A DNA stretch of 64,000 nt from Paraspadella gotoi (GCA_051294375.1 CM119266.1:15279859-15343858); one strand, 5' to 3'; positions 15,273 through 30,550 are shown, counted from the stretch's first letter. Made by a program: numbers and translations. Notes: a model not told the origin generated them from the sequence alone.

Positions 15273-15572
15273 CAAAAACCGTTAACGTTTTTCTTATTCA
15301 TTCGCCTCAGTTGAACGCCCGTGGATTTCGAGATGAAGTTTCATTCAGAAATATTTCGTTTATCGAAACGAAAGAGGGAGAAAGAGCGAGCGCGAGAGAG
15401 AGAGAGCATAAAAGCGAATAAAGTTAAATAAAATTTTTGTGAGAGAGTGAAAGTGATCTCGGCCTTGGACGAGCCACCCGTTTTTCACCGCCCCTACCTG
15501 CCTCTGAAGGGCGACGGCTGACGGGTGAAGGAATGAGTTTTGGGCGGGAAGGAGTTGGGGTAGGGCGGTCTG

Positions 15573-15610
<38 letters not shown>

Positions 15611-18600
15611 CAAACGAAGAAAAGGAGTTTTTGAGTTGACGTCCGACTCTGGTTCACTTTCTCGGTCAATTTCGCGATCGCCGCCTCCTACAAAACCATT
15701 GCCACAGGCATCGTCTTATTTTCCGGCTCTAATACAATACTAATTAGTAATAGTTTATAACGGATATGTTATCTAAAAATCATTTTTTTAATCTAAATAC
15801 GAACGAAATATGCAATTGAATCTCTCCCTTATTTCGCAACTGCCTCTCGACCTCAACCTCTGTCTTTGAGTCTTTCACCATCGAAACTCGGAAAATCCAC
15901 GTTCAATTTTTTTTTCCTTGACGTGAGGAATTTTAATTCTTGGGCATTAACCCCCTTCGCTCTTATTTCCGCCCCCCCTCTTCTCTTTCATGAAACCGCT
16001 GCCCGATGCCCGCCGCCCGCCGAGAATTGCGACGACGGGGAAGGGAGAGTGGGAGATGTGGGAGAAGCAGAGGGCGCTAGGGTTGGGCGAGGTTGACGTC
16101 GCCGGCGTCTATCCTGCGCGGGTTATTGACAGATCCTTCGTACTCGATAACAAAAATCGACGATGACGACGACGAAAATTTTGCGGCGCGTAAAAACGGG
16201 ATCCTTAACCGTTCGGTTCCATCCTCTTCCCGTTTTCGGTTGACGTTGACGGCTTATACCGTTCTTGTGTTCGGAAATGCTGTGGAGTCAATCGCGTGAG
16301 TCTATCCTGACTCTTTTTTGTTCACGGACGTGTTGTAACCAATACATGCGAGAAACGAGAACCTATTGTAGAGTAGCCAGTTATGATAGTAAGATGATTG
16401 GACCGAAGAGAGTATTAGAGATGAGTATCTAATTTTAGATCACCTTAACGAAGAAGATCGAGTTCGAGATGAGCGAGATGTTATTGAGTATTGTAGAATT
16501 GTAGAAAGTAGAGAGAGATGTTAAGCCAATCACAAATAATATCCCAATTATGTTTGGTTGCTAATAAAAGAGTTTTACTCTTTATTTTCTTTATTTTCGA
16601 TAAAATACATGTATTTCTTACAATTTTATCCAACAATCTACAATTGAATTTAATTCAATTTCAATTAATACTCATAATATTATACCACCTAACATATTTC
16701 CATCTACTTTTTCCCATCGATCATCTACATCTACCATTATTTAAAATTCTCTCCCCACTGTCAAATGCACCTTTTGGCCGAAATTGATAAATAACAAAAA
16801 TGGTAGAAAAAGACAAAAAGTACGGCGTTCCTGCACTTCGCTCTCTCTGCCGCTTCTCATCAACCATCCTCGCGTCTCTTTCCTCAACTATCTCAACAGA
16901 AATCTTTCGCTCTCACTCAACTGGCTCCATCCATAGCTCAACTACACCTCACGTAAACGACATTTCTGATCAATTACCGCCTTATCTGTGGCGGCTGCTA
17001 GCGGTGCGGGCTCTCCACCACCAATGCATCTCTTAATTCCCTGTTCACTCAGATGAAAGTCCGGGAAATTATTGAATCAGTATGAATTCTACCAGATATT
17101 TCTTCGCCTCATCTACTCTTCTCTTCCCTCGTCCTCCTTCTACTACCATTCTCTCTTCTATCGGATTTCTTTTATCGACCGACGCGTACTACCGAGGCCG
17201 CGCCCCACGCCCTCTCTTCTCCTTCATCTTTCCCACCCCCACTCTTCCGCCGGACTCCGCCCTTCGCATTTCCGGCCTTCAAAATCCCTCGACGACCGAG
17301 ATATTCGGACGGGGATTTCGAGTCCGACCGCCGCGAGGGTTTTCTTTTTGGCCGTTTTTGAATCTCCCCTCTCTCTCTTGCCCGTCCAACCTCTCTCTCG
17401 ATTCCAATGCCCCACGCGCATTTGCAGCCGGAAACCCCGCGCGGAAAACTATAATAACCTTCCCAGCCCGCCCAGTCCCCCGCTCCATCGCCGCGAACCA
17501 TCAACCGCGGGCATCAACCCAAGCGGGCACCCGATACCCACCTCTACTCACCACAAAAGGCGCGCGGGAAACACTTTATAAGAAGGCCGCAACACCACAC
17601 ACGACCACAACCGAATACAATACAGCGCGCCCTCGCCATTCAGCCTCTCGATAACAATCGAAAGTGGAGGAAAGGATAAACTGCTCCATTGCAGTTTTCC
17701 CGCGCGCGTTGAGGGAACGACGGGGGTTAACGAGGAGGAGGAGGAGGAGGGCAGGAGGAGGAGGAGGAGGAGGGTGGAGGAGGAGGAGGAAGGAAGAAGT
17801 AGAGGAAGAAGGGAGGAAAGGAAGTTGTGGGTGAGGGATGAAAAGTGGGGTTGAAGAATTGTCGACGTAAAAGTTGAGAAAGAAAGGAGTTGTGAAGGGT
17901 GGAAAAAAAGAAAAAAAGAAGGAAAGAAAATCAGGTTTAAAAAAGGGGGAGGAGAAAGGAAAAAAGGAAGGAAGGAAGGAAGGAAGGAAGGAAGAAGGAA
18001 GGAAGGAATGGAAGGAAGAAGGAAGGAAGGAAGAAAGGAAGGGAAGGAAGGACGCAGAAAGACGGAAATTAAGGAAAGAATGAAGAAGGCAAGCAATTTA
18101 GAAAAAGAAAAGAAGAAGAAAGAAGAAGAAGAAAGAAAGGAAAGAAGAAAGAAAGAAAGAAAAAGAAAGAAAGAACAGAAGAAAAAAAAGAGAGAAAGAA
18201 GAGGCCTGACGGCCCAAAAGTTATGGATGTTCTAAAACTGTTGTCGTTACGATGATATTGAAGCGCATTCCGCAAACGGTCGTAGAAATGGCCGAGAGAG
18301 GCCGCTGCGTGCGACTAGGCGGAAACCGTGGCTTCGGCGCGTGTTGGCGTGGAACGGGTGCAGGCGGGCGACGCGTTGGCCGTCGAGGCGGGAAAAGGAA
18401 AAAAAGAAATGAAAAATTCGAGTCTTTTTATTCCGCGTCCATTGATATCTGTTATTCCTTCTATTGAAAAAATACGGTAAGTCAAATCAATCGATGTATT
18501 TGGCAAAAAAAAAACGTCACTGAGTCGGATTTAAAAATTTTAAAAAATATAATTCCTGAAATATGTTCAAAATGTAAAAAAAGTATTTCAACTTTATTTC

Positions 18601-20343
18601 ATGTTGAAAAATGTTCAGGATGGCAAAGGGAAAAAGGCAATATTTTAAAATAAGGCAAAAGAGGAGAGCTACTAACAAGCAAAGATTAAATTCATTTAAA
18701 ATTAGTCCTGATTAAGAAGACTATTAGTAAACGTTCGAACGAAAAAAAGCATGGACAAAATTAAAAACTGAAAAGAATTCCAAATATTGTCGAAATAACG
18801 AGGTCAGTGACCGGCGACGGAATGAAAACATTGAAATGAGACAACGATGACGGTGATAGCGATGTTCCCCGACGACGACGATGACGGACGACGACGACCA
18901 TGATGACGATCGAAAAGCGCGAATAAATACGATGAGTACAAAAATTGGAGTGGGCAGTTGACTTGTTAGGAGTTTTTTTTCTTTATTCTCTTTGTTTCTT
19001 TTCTAACTTCCCTCCTNNNNNNNNNNNNNNNNNNNNNNNNNTTATTCGATAAAAACAATTTTTCCTTTGTTAATCAACTAAAAATTACTAACATATTTCC
19101 AATTTAACTTTTTCCCATCGAATTTTTAACTATTATACTTTATGCAAATGGTTTGCGAAAGATAAAAAAAATGGAAAGACAAAGATGGTGATCGTCGTTA
19201 AAACGTTCGTTTTAACATAACGAAACTTGTAAACTGGCTCATAAGCTCATAAGTCATAAGTCCAATATCTATTGCTTTCTTTCCTTCTATCTTTCCGTAA
19301 ATGAGTCGGTATTTTTTCCTTCGCCTTCTACGCTCTTCTACTACCGACGTTTTTACGACCGACGCGTACTACCGAGGGCCACGCCCCCTTCTCTCCCATC
19401 TTTCCCCACCCCCACTCTTCCGCCGGACTCCGCCCTTCGCATTTCCGGCCTTCAAAATCCCTCGACGACCGAGAATTTCGGAGCGGGGATTTCGAGTCCG
19501 ACCGCCGCGAGGGTTTTCTTTTTGGCCGTTTTTGATCCCCCGTCAATGCCGATGCAGCCGGAACCGATTCCGGCCGCTACTACGAAACCCGGCTCCCCAC
19601 GCGGCAGAACCCCCTTCCCCCGCTTAGAACCCACCCGCCCCGTTACTCGCCCGCCATTCACCTTTCAATCGGCTTCCCTTTCCTAATCCCTTCCCTTTAT
19701 TTTTTTTTTCTTTCGCTATTTTCTCTTTTGTTGTCCATTTTTATGCGATATACTTTCGTTTTCGCAAACAAAGTCTTTACTTAAAAGAAGAGAACAAACT
19801 CCAAAGCCGCCCGAAGTGAAAGCGAGCATAAAGTCGTGTAAAAACTTTGGAAGTATTACTGCGAGTATTTACTGATGCCCGTCTTTGGTGGTTCGTCGGC
19901 GAGAACTTTTTCTTTACTTTTTACTTATTTTTTCCCCCCTCGACTGCTTTGGCCTTCCGGTCTCATAAAACTTTCTCCTCATGCTTCCGCTTTCTCCTCG
20001 GCCTCATTTTCTCCTTTTTTCTCCTCATCCTCTTCCCCCTCCTCTTCCTCCTCTTCCTCCTTGTGTCGCGCCCCCCTCGACCCCCGTTTCGCCCTCGGCC
20101 AGCCTTTCTTTTTTTCTTTTCTTTCTTTTCTTTTTATTTCCTTCTTCCGTCACTCACGATGACGTAGAAATGAAGCAATAAACTCAACGCCCCCTCCGGC
20201 CCTCGCGCAACACCCCCACGCCAAGACTTACCACTCTTTTTCACCCTCTTTATTTCTCGTTTTAACCTCCTTTCAGCGAAAGATAGAGAGGGAAAAGGAA
20301 AGAAAGAAAGAAAAAAAGAAAAAAAGAAAGAAAAAAAGAAAAA

Positions 20344-20427
<84 letters not shown>

Positions 20428-20661
20428 AAAAAAAAACAGAGAGAACATTTTTAAAATACGATAATTCTCTTTCTAAAAACTTTATGAGCAATTCTTCGAT
20501 TTTACCCCAAAAAAATTTATTTTAATGTAGAGCCAAAATCATATTATCTTTTTCAAGCAAAAATTATAATGAGTGACTTGACCCCCGTCCCCACCCTCAT
20601 CTGACCAGGCTTGATCCCCTTCGACCCCACCATCCACGGCACGCCTCTGGCTCTGCTTCAG

Positions 20662-22400
20662 ATTCCTCAGGAGGCCATCAAGTGCGTCTCAAAGAAACTC
20701 TCGGATTTGGGAAGCAAATGCGCCTACTACACGCAGGACTGCAAAGTGAGTGATTGATCGATTGAAATATTCATTTTTTTAATGATAGTTTCTGTCATTC
20801 ATTAAACGCTGATCGATTCGGAAAGAGATTGGAGGAAAAAAAAGAAATTAATCAAAATTAAAAAATTAACTTTTTATTCAATTGATTGTTTGATTTTCGA
20901 ATCATTAGGAGTTCGCTGATCTCAAAGACTGCGTGTCAGCCTCCGATTTCGTCGTCGCCGCCGAGCACATGGTCGACGTGGGTTACATCTGTCGCAAATG
21001 TCACATGGTCTATCCTGGACGCGATCAGTGTGAGCATCACGTGAAGACCTCGTGCTACGGTGACAAGGATAAAGGTGAGAAGGAGGGAAAGGAAAATCAC
21101 GAAAACCGAGGAGAAATGAAAGAAAATGTAGGCAATGGAATTGATGCAGAAACAAAAGAAAGATTGATATCTAATTATAAATCTACGCCGGAAAGTATTT
21201 TTAACCTTGTATTGTATCCTCCGTCATAATATTACAAAATAAAATAAAACTAATCGTTAAAGTTAGTAGTAGTTTTGCAATTTTCATAGAAAAGGTTATT
21301 TTCGGTTGCACAAAACACATAAGCCACGATGTACGATGTTCCTCCCTCCCCCATTTTCAGCCACCCCCGACTCCGATCCTCTCTTCGACCGAATCCTCAA
21401 GCTGGAGCAGCTGCAGTACCGCTGCTCCGTCTGCGCCGACGCCTTCTCCACTCAGTCCGAGTTCGCCTTTCACTGCGAATCGGACGGGCACGCCCGCGCC
21501 GCCGGCGCCGGAAGCCGCGGCGGCGCCAAGTCCTCCGCGGCGCCGGCGTCGTCGACGTCCTCGTCGACGCGCGGTAACGACTCTGGCGCCGCCGACCATC
21601 ACCCATCGGCCGCAACGCCGGTGACGCCGGTCAACGACTACAGCAACGACCGCTCGTCGCCGCTGGAGGGCAGCGTCGGCGGTGGACAGATGCATCATCA
21701 TCACCATCACGGCCAAAGGATGATGGGTGTCGATGCCGGGCACTCGCCGGGAGAGGCCGGGCACCCGATGGGAGAGGCAGGGCACCCGGTTGCCGATTCG
21801 CCGAGGTGAGTTTGTGGGAGAAGAGGAATCCTTGGGTACAAAATATATAAATATATAAATAAATAAAAGTAATAATTATAAATCCCATATAAAGAAATAA
21901 ATGTGACAATTAATAAATAAATATAAAAATTAAATAAAAAATTAATAAATAAATAAATAAATGGGATTATGGCTGATAAATACTAACTCGAGTTTTAAAA
22001 TTACCCCTTTTTCTATCTCTTTCCCCTCTCCGTCCCGTTACCTCTCGCCCCCCTTACAGCCCGTCCTCGGTATCGGGCAACATTCTGGCGGTCAACCCCT
22101 CCCACTTTCCTCGTCCGTCGTCCTCCAACTCCAACTGCGTCACTCCGAACTCGAGTCACTCCTCGCAGGCGTCGCCCGTATTGCGGCCCGCCACCGCCGC
22201 CACCGGCGCCGCCGCCAACGCCGCCGCTCGCGTCGCCGCCTCCTCGCCCTCGCCGCCGCCGCCCTCTCTCCACTCGCCCGCCAGGCAACTCTCTTTCCAG
22301 GAGCCGTCGGGCAAAGCGGACCACGGTTTGGTCGGGCGCGATCACTGATAAGAGATTAGCAAATTCTCTTTCCATTTGCCCTCATTCCCGATTATATTAG
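20662..22400 (+). CDS. ZFHX: 3' exons of the ZFHX/zfh2-like gene, copy 2 (exons ~20662-20745, 20909-21074, 21361-21805, 22060-22400)
   Basis: Reverse-complement near-identical copy of 5386-7112 with the same zinc fingers and splice sites; same strand as exon 3686-3994. Confidence 0.65.
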
Positions 22401-25400
22401 TAAATTATTTTTATTATTACTGTGTCGTTATCATATGAAAACGAAAGAAGGATGCATCTCTCATAACGGCTTTCGTAACTTTATTTAATTCAAAAAAAAA
22501 GAAAAAGCGAAGACGACGACGATGATTTTTGAATTTCAATCCTCCCCCGACTTTAAAACTATTCCCATACGATAATATATATAATGTATACAAACGAACG
22601 AAGTTACGTAATCATCGCTGATCGGCGCAAAAAGAGTTAACTGAACTTTTATTTTCTCTTTTAAATGACAACATCTTTTCTGGCGACTTTTCGCCGATTG
22701 AGACTTTTAATTGTCCGTCTATCTTTCTATCTTTCTTATCTATCCTTCAATCTTTTAAGCTCCCTCATACCCACCAAAAAAGTTTTGGGAAAATTTACTA
22801 TTTCATTCTCACACTGAGATTTCTACCATTTCATTTTCTAGTTGACGTGTCTAAAGTACTATACATATACCATACAATTTTTTTCTCTTTTTTTTTAGTA
22901 TTAAACTTTTCCAAAAGATGAAAAAAATCGTAAAAGTTATCAAAAGTTTTAAATAAACCTAACAAAGGTTTTTTTTTCTTTTATTCGTATTTATTTATTC
23001 ATTCAAACCTTGAATGTTTCGATGCAAAAAGAAACAGGAGGCAGTTTATTTTTCGTGTGTAACTCCACCCAATCCCTGGTCCCCCTCCCCTTAAAAAAAT
23101 CACGCAAAAATAATAATAATAATAATAAGGATATCAAAAATGATGTCAACATCTACTTGATATCAATTGATATATAATTTTGATGTATCTCTTTCTCGTG
23201 TATTATTACAATGATGTTTCGAACCACTATTACTACCGCATCGTAATACTAGTTTTTTCTCTCTTTCCTTAAACCGATGATCATTCATAATTCATAATTC
23301 ATAATTCTGTCAATTAGTGATTCAAAGAAAAGCGATTCTCGCTTTTTCAACTTCGATTTCTACGAAGTTAAACGCTTCGAGCGTATCCTTACCAAAATAT
23401 TACTTACCGATTCATACAAAAAAGAAGGTACATTTATTGGACGACAGTCGTTATTTGTACAAACAGAAAGAAATATATAGGTTCCGAAAACAAGAAATGA
23501 AAAACAAACAAATCAACGATATATTAAACAAGCTACCGCAAAAAAAATAAACAAAAAACAGTTCCACACTCACACACAAACAAAAAGAAATGAATTCACA
23601 ATTCACGACGCAAAGTGAAAAGCGAAACCAAAAAAATTCCGACTTTCCTGACTTCGCGAAAAGGGTTTTTCTGCAGCCTGATATCACACAAAATCTCTCT
23701 CTCTCTCTGTCTCTCTATCTCTCGTTCTTTCTCTCTCCGCTCCGATTCCACTTCGAGACTGTTTACCCCCTTCCCATCCTCCCTCCCAACCATAAAAACC
23801 ACCACAAGTCCCACCCACCGCCTGATTGAGGACGCGTTAGGTAGTCGCGGCGACGAAGCGAGTCCGAACCACCTCGTTCCCCCTTTCAAAGCGCCTCCTA
23901 CCCCAAGACCCCCCCCCAATAACTCCCGGCAACCCTCGCGTCCTCAAACCCAGGGGCGATTAGAAATACACTATCCGAGGCGCGAGGGTCCGAGGAAGGG
24001 GACGAAAAGATAAGGGGGCGTGACCAGAAGTGACATAACGCGGGGCGCGGGGGTTTTCGCGCTCGCCCGTCGTTGTCGGTCCGCCGAAGCGCGTCCGAGT
24101 GAAGCTTGGCCTAATTCTAATTCAATTGATTACTGTTCCAATTATTATCTGTTTTAATATATAATAATGATAGTAATAATACTGTAACTTTTATTATTAT
24201 ATGACTTGATGAGATCTTCGATATAGCACAACTTTTTTTTCTCTCTGGCTTTACCGGTCTTCTTTTCTGAAATGAAAAAGAAAAAAACAATCAATCCGAT
24301 ACAATCCGTTATACATTTCTGTTCGGTTTTTCTCCGTTTTTCTGTTTCATATCTCCGCCAAAAAAAAAAAACAAACAAACAAACAAAAAACAAAAAAATA
24401 TCTCTCTTGGAATTTAAAAAGAAATTAAACAATAAATAAATGCAGTTCTGTCTTTAGTTGCGTTATCATCTTGTACGCTCTCGGCCGCGTTAGCCTTACC
24501 TTCCTGTATAGATTTAAATATCAACCGCAAGAAAAAGTGAAAAAAAAAAAAAAAATAACCAACCCGGGAAGCAACGCGCGTGGTTACGTTTTCCTTCGCG
24601 CTGCAGAAGAGCGCGATACATTGTTCCGTAATTTACGTCGCGTTTTTTGTCGGGCTAATTTATCTACTGGTTTCAAGTTTGTTTATTTACCCCGTTTTAT
24701 TTGGGAGGGCGGGCCGACGTTGGTCGTGCGCCTCGCTCAAGATAAGGATAAGTCCGTCTTTCACCGCGAACCCTTTCCGCTCATTGAAATCCATTACAGA
24801 ATCTATCCACTCTTCTCTGCGATTTATTTTTCTTTCTTCTTTTTTTCTAAACAAAATTCAAAACAAAAAATCATAACAAGAGTCGTTTCTAGTATGTAAA
24901 TGTTTTTTATACATACCAGGAACAGCAGTCAATAATTTTTGTTTTATTTCTTTTCTTCTTTAGTCAGTTTTTTACCCTAAAATGGGGTATGGAATTTGTA
25001 TCTGACCCTAATGTGGTTCGTTTATAGGCTTGAACTTTGCATAGCTTGTGACTTTTTCTATAAAAAGAGTCAGAAATACGTGTATGTTTTTTATCAAAAA
25101 CGTTTTCCTATCTTTCTTCTAAGGCTTGAAACCGCTTATGGTTCTTGATATACGAAAACATAATTATTTTTTCATGGGAAGTGGGACTTTTTTAATTACC
25201 GATTTTTCAATTTTGACTACCAAAAAAAAAAAACCAACTAATTGGTCAGCAAGTTTTGTCTCCGCCTTTTTTAATTATTTTCGCTTGGAACGAATCATAG
25301 TTCACAGATCGCCGACAGGATATTTTGACACCGCGCGAGGTAACCGCGATGGCGCCTCGTGCGGATGAAATACACCCACACACAAACACCCCCACAATCG

Positions 25401-28400
25401 AGACTCGTTAATTTTTGCGTAATTTAAAAGAAATGTGTTAAGCCTATAAGACGACGCGAAGGAATACAATCCGCCACCGTCGGGCACTTACAGTAACCAT
25501 TGTATTCCTCCGCCGACTTTTTCTCGGTGCTTTTTGCCGCAACTTTTCAAACACAAGTTCAATTTAAAGGGGAATTTTATTTTTTTGCAATCTCTGGTAA
25601 CAAAAGCTTCAGGACACCGAATGTTTCTTTTCAAAGGGTCTCTCCGTCTCTCTATCTCTCTAATCCTTATTTTTTTTTTCAAATCGTTTTCGCCGTATAG
25701 TTTTACAACTGTTACAGTTTTTATTTTTTTTAATCAAATCCGCCGATGATACCAAGAGCCGCCTCTCCAACCACAACAACATCCCGTCTTCCTCTCGCCT
25801 TCAGTTTATTGTTGGAGATTTCAACAAAGTGGCTACATTTACTTTGTTCATAACTGAAGGTGGGATGGTAAATGGGATCCACATCTGCTACTATTTTTAT
25901 TAAAAAAAACAGCTATTTCATACTACGAATACCTCAAAAAAAAAAACCCTACTGATTTTAATAATACAAATCTGCTGTCAGATAAATTAGATCGTTGCAA
26001 CTTGTTGCTGCTTATTCGATTTTTCTCCCCTTTTCATCCCGCTCCCCCTGAATGATCGAAATGTTTTTTTTTTGACAAATATAGCCATTCTTTTTACATT
26101 TCAAATGACTTCTGTGGTCGTTAATGTAGTAATTCTTATATAAAAATGTCGAATTAGTGGATAGATATCTTTGGGAGATTTTTTTATATCATTATTCTTG
26201 TTTTGTTTATATTATTAGTAAATTATTATAAGTTCTTTTTTCATCCCAAATTATAAGAATAGACTTTTACAAAAATTTTTTTACATTATTTAATAAGCTA
26301 AAAGTTTATAATATTTAAAACTTTCATCAGTCAAATAAGGTTTCAAAAATCAAAACCACATAAATCAATTTAAAATAAGGTCAAAGAACTTGTTTCAGCA
26401 AAAGGTATTTGTCCCTTAAACCCTGCGTGATGCGGGTCACCAGTTGACCCATAAGAGACCCCTGTCGTCCATAAGTTGACTGCTTCTTTTTATCTCTAAC
26501 ATCTTTGTGATCGTTAGCAAAGAAATTCTGAATCTGAACTATAAACAAATTATTGTAGTATGAAAAAACATGTCTAACCTTTTAAGTGTGTACTGATACA
26601 AAATACATTTCAAATTTTTGTATTAGTAAAAATTAGATAATCTAAAATCGTTAAGTTTAAAAATTAAGATATCAGCATGCACTTAAACTATGTATCATGA
26701 TTGTCTTTTTCAATTGATATTGTGATGAAAATCCCTCTTTACCCTGCAACTGCACTTTTCTTGGCATAACCCTCTTTTACGAGTGAACCCCTTTATTCTT
26801 TTTAAACTATCCTTTTAAAAAAATCACCGTGATTATTTCCAAGAACTTAATTCTCCTTCTGAAAAAAAAAACGATTTAATTTTGATTAATTCTTGATTTA
26901 GATTGGTTCCGATATTTCGAGAATAGAAAGATTGTTTAGTTATGAAAGTAAGTTGACCTTGTTTCGAGCGGAGAATTCGAGTCCTTGCCAATAATCAATG
27001 TCTTATCTCTTTCATGAATTTTTTGTTTTGTTTTGTTTTTTTTTCGTTCTGAAATTATTCAACCTGTTGTTGCCAAAAAAAATTATTTTTCTCTTTTCAA
27101 TTTTCGTTTATCAGCATGATTATCTTCTTCCGTTTTCGTCATATTACGTTTAAAAATGGCCGAAAAAAGAGTGGGAATAATGAATGGCCTAATGGCAGTA
27201 AAAACCAACGGTCGGACACATTTGTCGAAAAGATCGACGTTAACCTAAGATGAACCAAAAAGCGCTTTTGATATCTAATTTTGATTCTTCGAGGGTAAAA
27301 AATTGTATTAAAAGAAGACTTCCTTCAATTTACTTACCGCGCTGTGGTCCAAAAAGAAATTAAAATTATTATATAAATATGTGTAAATCATTTTTTATAA
27401 AAAAAATATTAGTGTGTACGACGATGTGGGCTCGTGAGTAGCGGTTTAGTTTTAAATTCTAGGTCCAATTTCAAACTAACTTATGCACTATGAAATAAAA
27501 CTCGCGTTTAGAGAATCGAAGCTTGTAATTTGTATCGGTTTCTTCCATTTCATGCAAATTCCGCGAATGTTTAAAAACTGTGGCGGTTTATTTTTTTATG
27601 TTCAGTGATGGTAGCCTGTCGCAAAAAAAAAAATTAATTCTATTCTTTGCTTACGATTATCATTCCTCTCATTATGACGATTATTATTTACATTCTTAGA
27701 GGTAGATGATTTTTAAAAAATACCATAAAATTATTTAAAGAAAAATTTTCATATAAAAATGTATACTCCAATAGATTGTTTTTATTTTCGTTTCTCAAAT
27801 TTCGGAAATGCGACTCAGTTCACTTTCTTTAACAAAGGAACATTCTGATGCAGAGGTTAGTTTATTTGATCTCGTGATATTTCATTTATACAAAAACTTA
27901 AAAGCATTCTTCTGTATCTGTACAAGATTATTCTTTTTGCGAAGTACTTTTTCATAAATGCGTTAAGAATTAGTATGTTTTTTTTAATTCAAAAAAACGG
28001 AAAAAAATTTTGTTTTTAATCAAACGCCATTTGCAATTGATTATTATTTACGATGATACAGTCAGTGCCATTGTTCAAATGTGATCAACTTTCTACAATT
28101 CCTAAAGAAAGTGAAAAATAAATCTTCACCCACTAAGATTAAGAGCGACTTGAGTTCTCGTAGTATGTTTTCACTTTAATACATCTGAGATTGGATAATT
28201 TACAATTAAAGGCGTGGAATTCCCCCTTGTAAATGTCATTAGACTGTCTTTTGTTTATTCAAAATCTTTTACTCTGCCATCTTCATTATTGTTGCATTGA
28301 CGTCATCACAGTTTTCGTTTACTGTTTGTTTAATTGTTTGTTTATTGCCATGTGACGATTCGTTTATCGCATTTAGATGTAGTATGCTTTGATGCCTCTT

Positions 28401-28549
28401 TATTATTATGACAATAAATATTATGTAAGATAAACCTCTAGTCTTTTAATCTTGAATTACTAAGCTCTACTCTCGGTTCGAAAGTTAGCAATACAGATTA
28501 ATTCAATAGTTACTCAGACTTTAGTTAAGCGAATAATACACATACGTTT

Positions 28550-28862
28550 TAGTGACGGTTTCTAATTAATAACTTCTGCTCCGGGCGAATTTTCTAGAAG
28601 TTTGCCTTTTCAAAGCTCGTGCCCGCATATCCAAGTCTTTTTTTCCCTGATTTTTTTCGGCGACAAAGTTTGCGAATTTGGAGAAAGAAGGAAATATATA
28701 TACGAATACATCTTGGGACGTTGGCTGCAGGATCGTCTGTGAGAGTGAGAGAGGTGAGGGTGAGACGCATTTCACTGTATGGCTTTTGGGTCTCCGGACT
28801 CTACCGCAGCCGTTTAACCGGTTCGCAATGTTGGGATGGCGCTTCAACCCCGTCCGTCACTA
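28550..28862. mobile_element. Possible short hAT-like element
   Basis: 9-bp terminal inverted repeats TAGTGACGG...CCGTCACTA around a GC-richer interior; no TSD recognisable. Confidence 0.35.
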
Positions 28863-28902
28863 TTGAAATTGGCTAAGTTGGTTTGATAGTACCGCTAAAC
28901 CG

Positions 28903-29523
28903 TAGGGTGGAGTGATGAAAAGATTGAGTGATGGAACAATGTTTTTTGCTGCTTTTGTATATGTAATAAAAAACAAGTAATCCTTTTTTCAAAAAAATTT
29001 GGTTTAACAGTATTATTAATTGAATTTTCTTTATAGTAATATTCTTATAAAATCATAAAAGTTCAAAATCATATTTTTTTTAATTTTAAGAAGTTTCGGA
29101 TTTATTGGAAAAAACTGAAAAACTTTTGTAAAATATGTTATATGATATTTTTAGGTTAAAGCTGCGAAAAATGACCAAAATGTTTTATCATATAATAGTT
29201 TTTATTACAGAGCATGAAAAAGTGAAGAATTTTGTTTTTTTTTCATTTTTGATGCTGAAAACATTAGAATTTTTAATAATATGTTTTATATTTTTGATCT
29301 AAATTTTTATGAAGAATCAGAATCTTTAATAAAAATTTGTAAAAAAATTATTTTGAAAATTTATGATTTTATAAGGATATTACTATAAAAATATTATAAT
29401 GATACTGTTGCCCAAACAATATAAGCAAAATATTTTTTGTACTTTTTAATTATACTATCTCACATCTAAATATCCTTGTTTGTTCACTAAAATAAAATTT
29501 ATGTTCCCCAGTGCTCCACTCTA
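28903..29523. mobile_element. hAT-like MITE with long imperfect inverted arms
   Basis: Termini TAGGGTGGAG...CTCCACTCTA; 8-bp TSD ctaaaccg/ctaaacag (7/8). Internal arms also pair, e.g. tagtaatattcttataaaatcataaa vs tttatgattttataaggatattacta. Confidence 0.75.
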
Positions 29524-30295
29524 CTAAACAGTGAACACTGAACAGTAAACAGTGTACACACATTTAAAAAAGTAGTCAAATTTTTTTTTCAAATTTTCCC
29601 ATCGAATCTCAGATGGATATATGTAAATTGAAACTTTTTTAAAATTTTCATAATAAAAAAATAAGCGTTCAATCATAAAAAATAAATTGAGTGGTTAAGT
29701 CACGACTAGAGTTCCGATAACCGTTAATAGTTAACGGTTATTAATGGTTAAAAATAATTTTAACTTAACCGTTAATATATTTATTTTAATGGTTAAATTC
29801 GGTTAATTTTCAAGTATGATTTTTTAAATTTTTTGTTATGAAAACTTTGATTTTCTAAGAGAAAAGGTTTTTTTTCCTGTCCTCTCCTCTCCCTTTCTCA
29901 CTATATTTTTCCCCCTCTTTCTCTTCTACATTTTTTCCCTTGTTTTTCCTTTGTTATTTTCAACCCTTTTAATCTTTTTTCTATCCTAATCTCTTATCAT
30001 TTTTTCTGCCCTTCCAGTATTTTTTTTACTTACTTTCTCCTAATTGTTTTCGTTTTTCCTTTCAGCTAATTTTATACATTTACATCAAAGAATATTTTGA
30101 AATATAAATATAATATGCATCTGCATATATTTTCTTGCAAATAAAATTCTTACATGCAATAATATTCTATTTTACTTTTTCTTTCCTTTTTTTAAAATGA
30201 ACAAAGAAGTAAATAAAATAAAACCGAATGAATGAAAAAATTTAAAAAAAATAAAATGAAAAAAGTTTTTAGAAAACATTTGAAAAATGAAATAG

Positions 30296-30550
30296 TGTGG
30301 CGGTATATTCACACCGCCTCACGTCCACCATCCTTCAGCCAAATCCATTGGCTCAGTGGGGGAACACACCATCCCAGGCGTAGTGTTCCATCCACAGTCC
30401 TCACGACTTCCCTCTGCGTTGGCAAAGCGAGACCGTCTTAGGGTAACCGCGCCAGTGACTGGAGGCGTCACTTAGGTTCGGAAGCCCTCAAAGCCAACAG
30501 TGAGATGCCCCATCCCAATGGGCATCACAGGCAACCCGGCTGTTGCCATA
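30296..30550 (+). mobile_element. Structured TGTGGCG...GCCATA element (solo-LTR/TRIM-like), family A copy 1
   Basis: 255 bp, 4-bp TSD atag, 6-bp imperfect terminal inversion, multiple hairpins; nearly identical to 41061-41315. Confidence 0.85.

Noticed and set aside
16255-19016. Diverged third paralog and ORFs at 17072-17654
   Set aside because: Garbled, indel-rich copy of non-coding 8100-8900 plus low-complexity sequence ending in a 25-N gap; most likely uncorrected read sequence.
23831-24095. GC-rich segment with weak terminal inversion (gacgcg...cgcgtc)
   Set aside because: Pairing too degenerate and no TSD; cannot be supported as an element.
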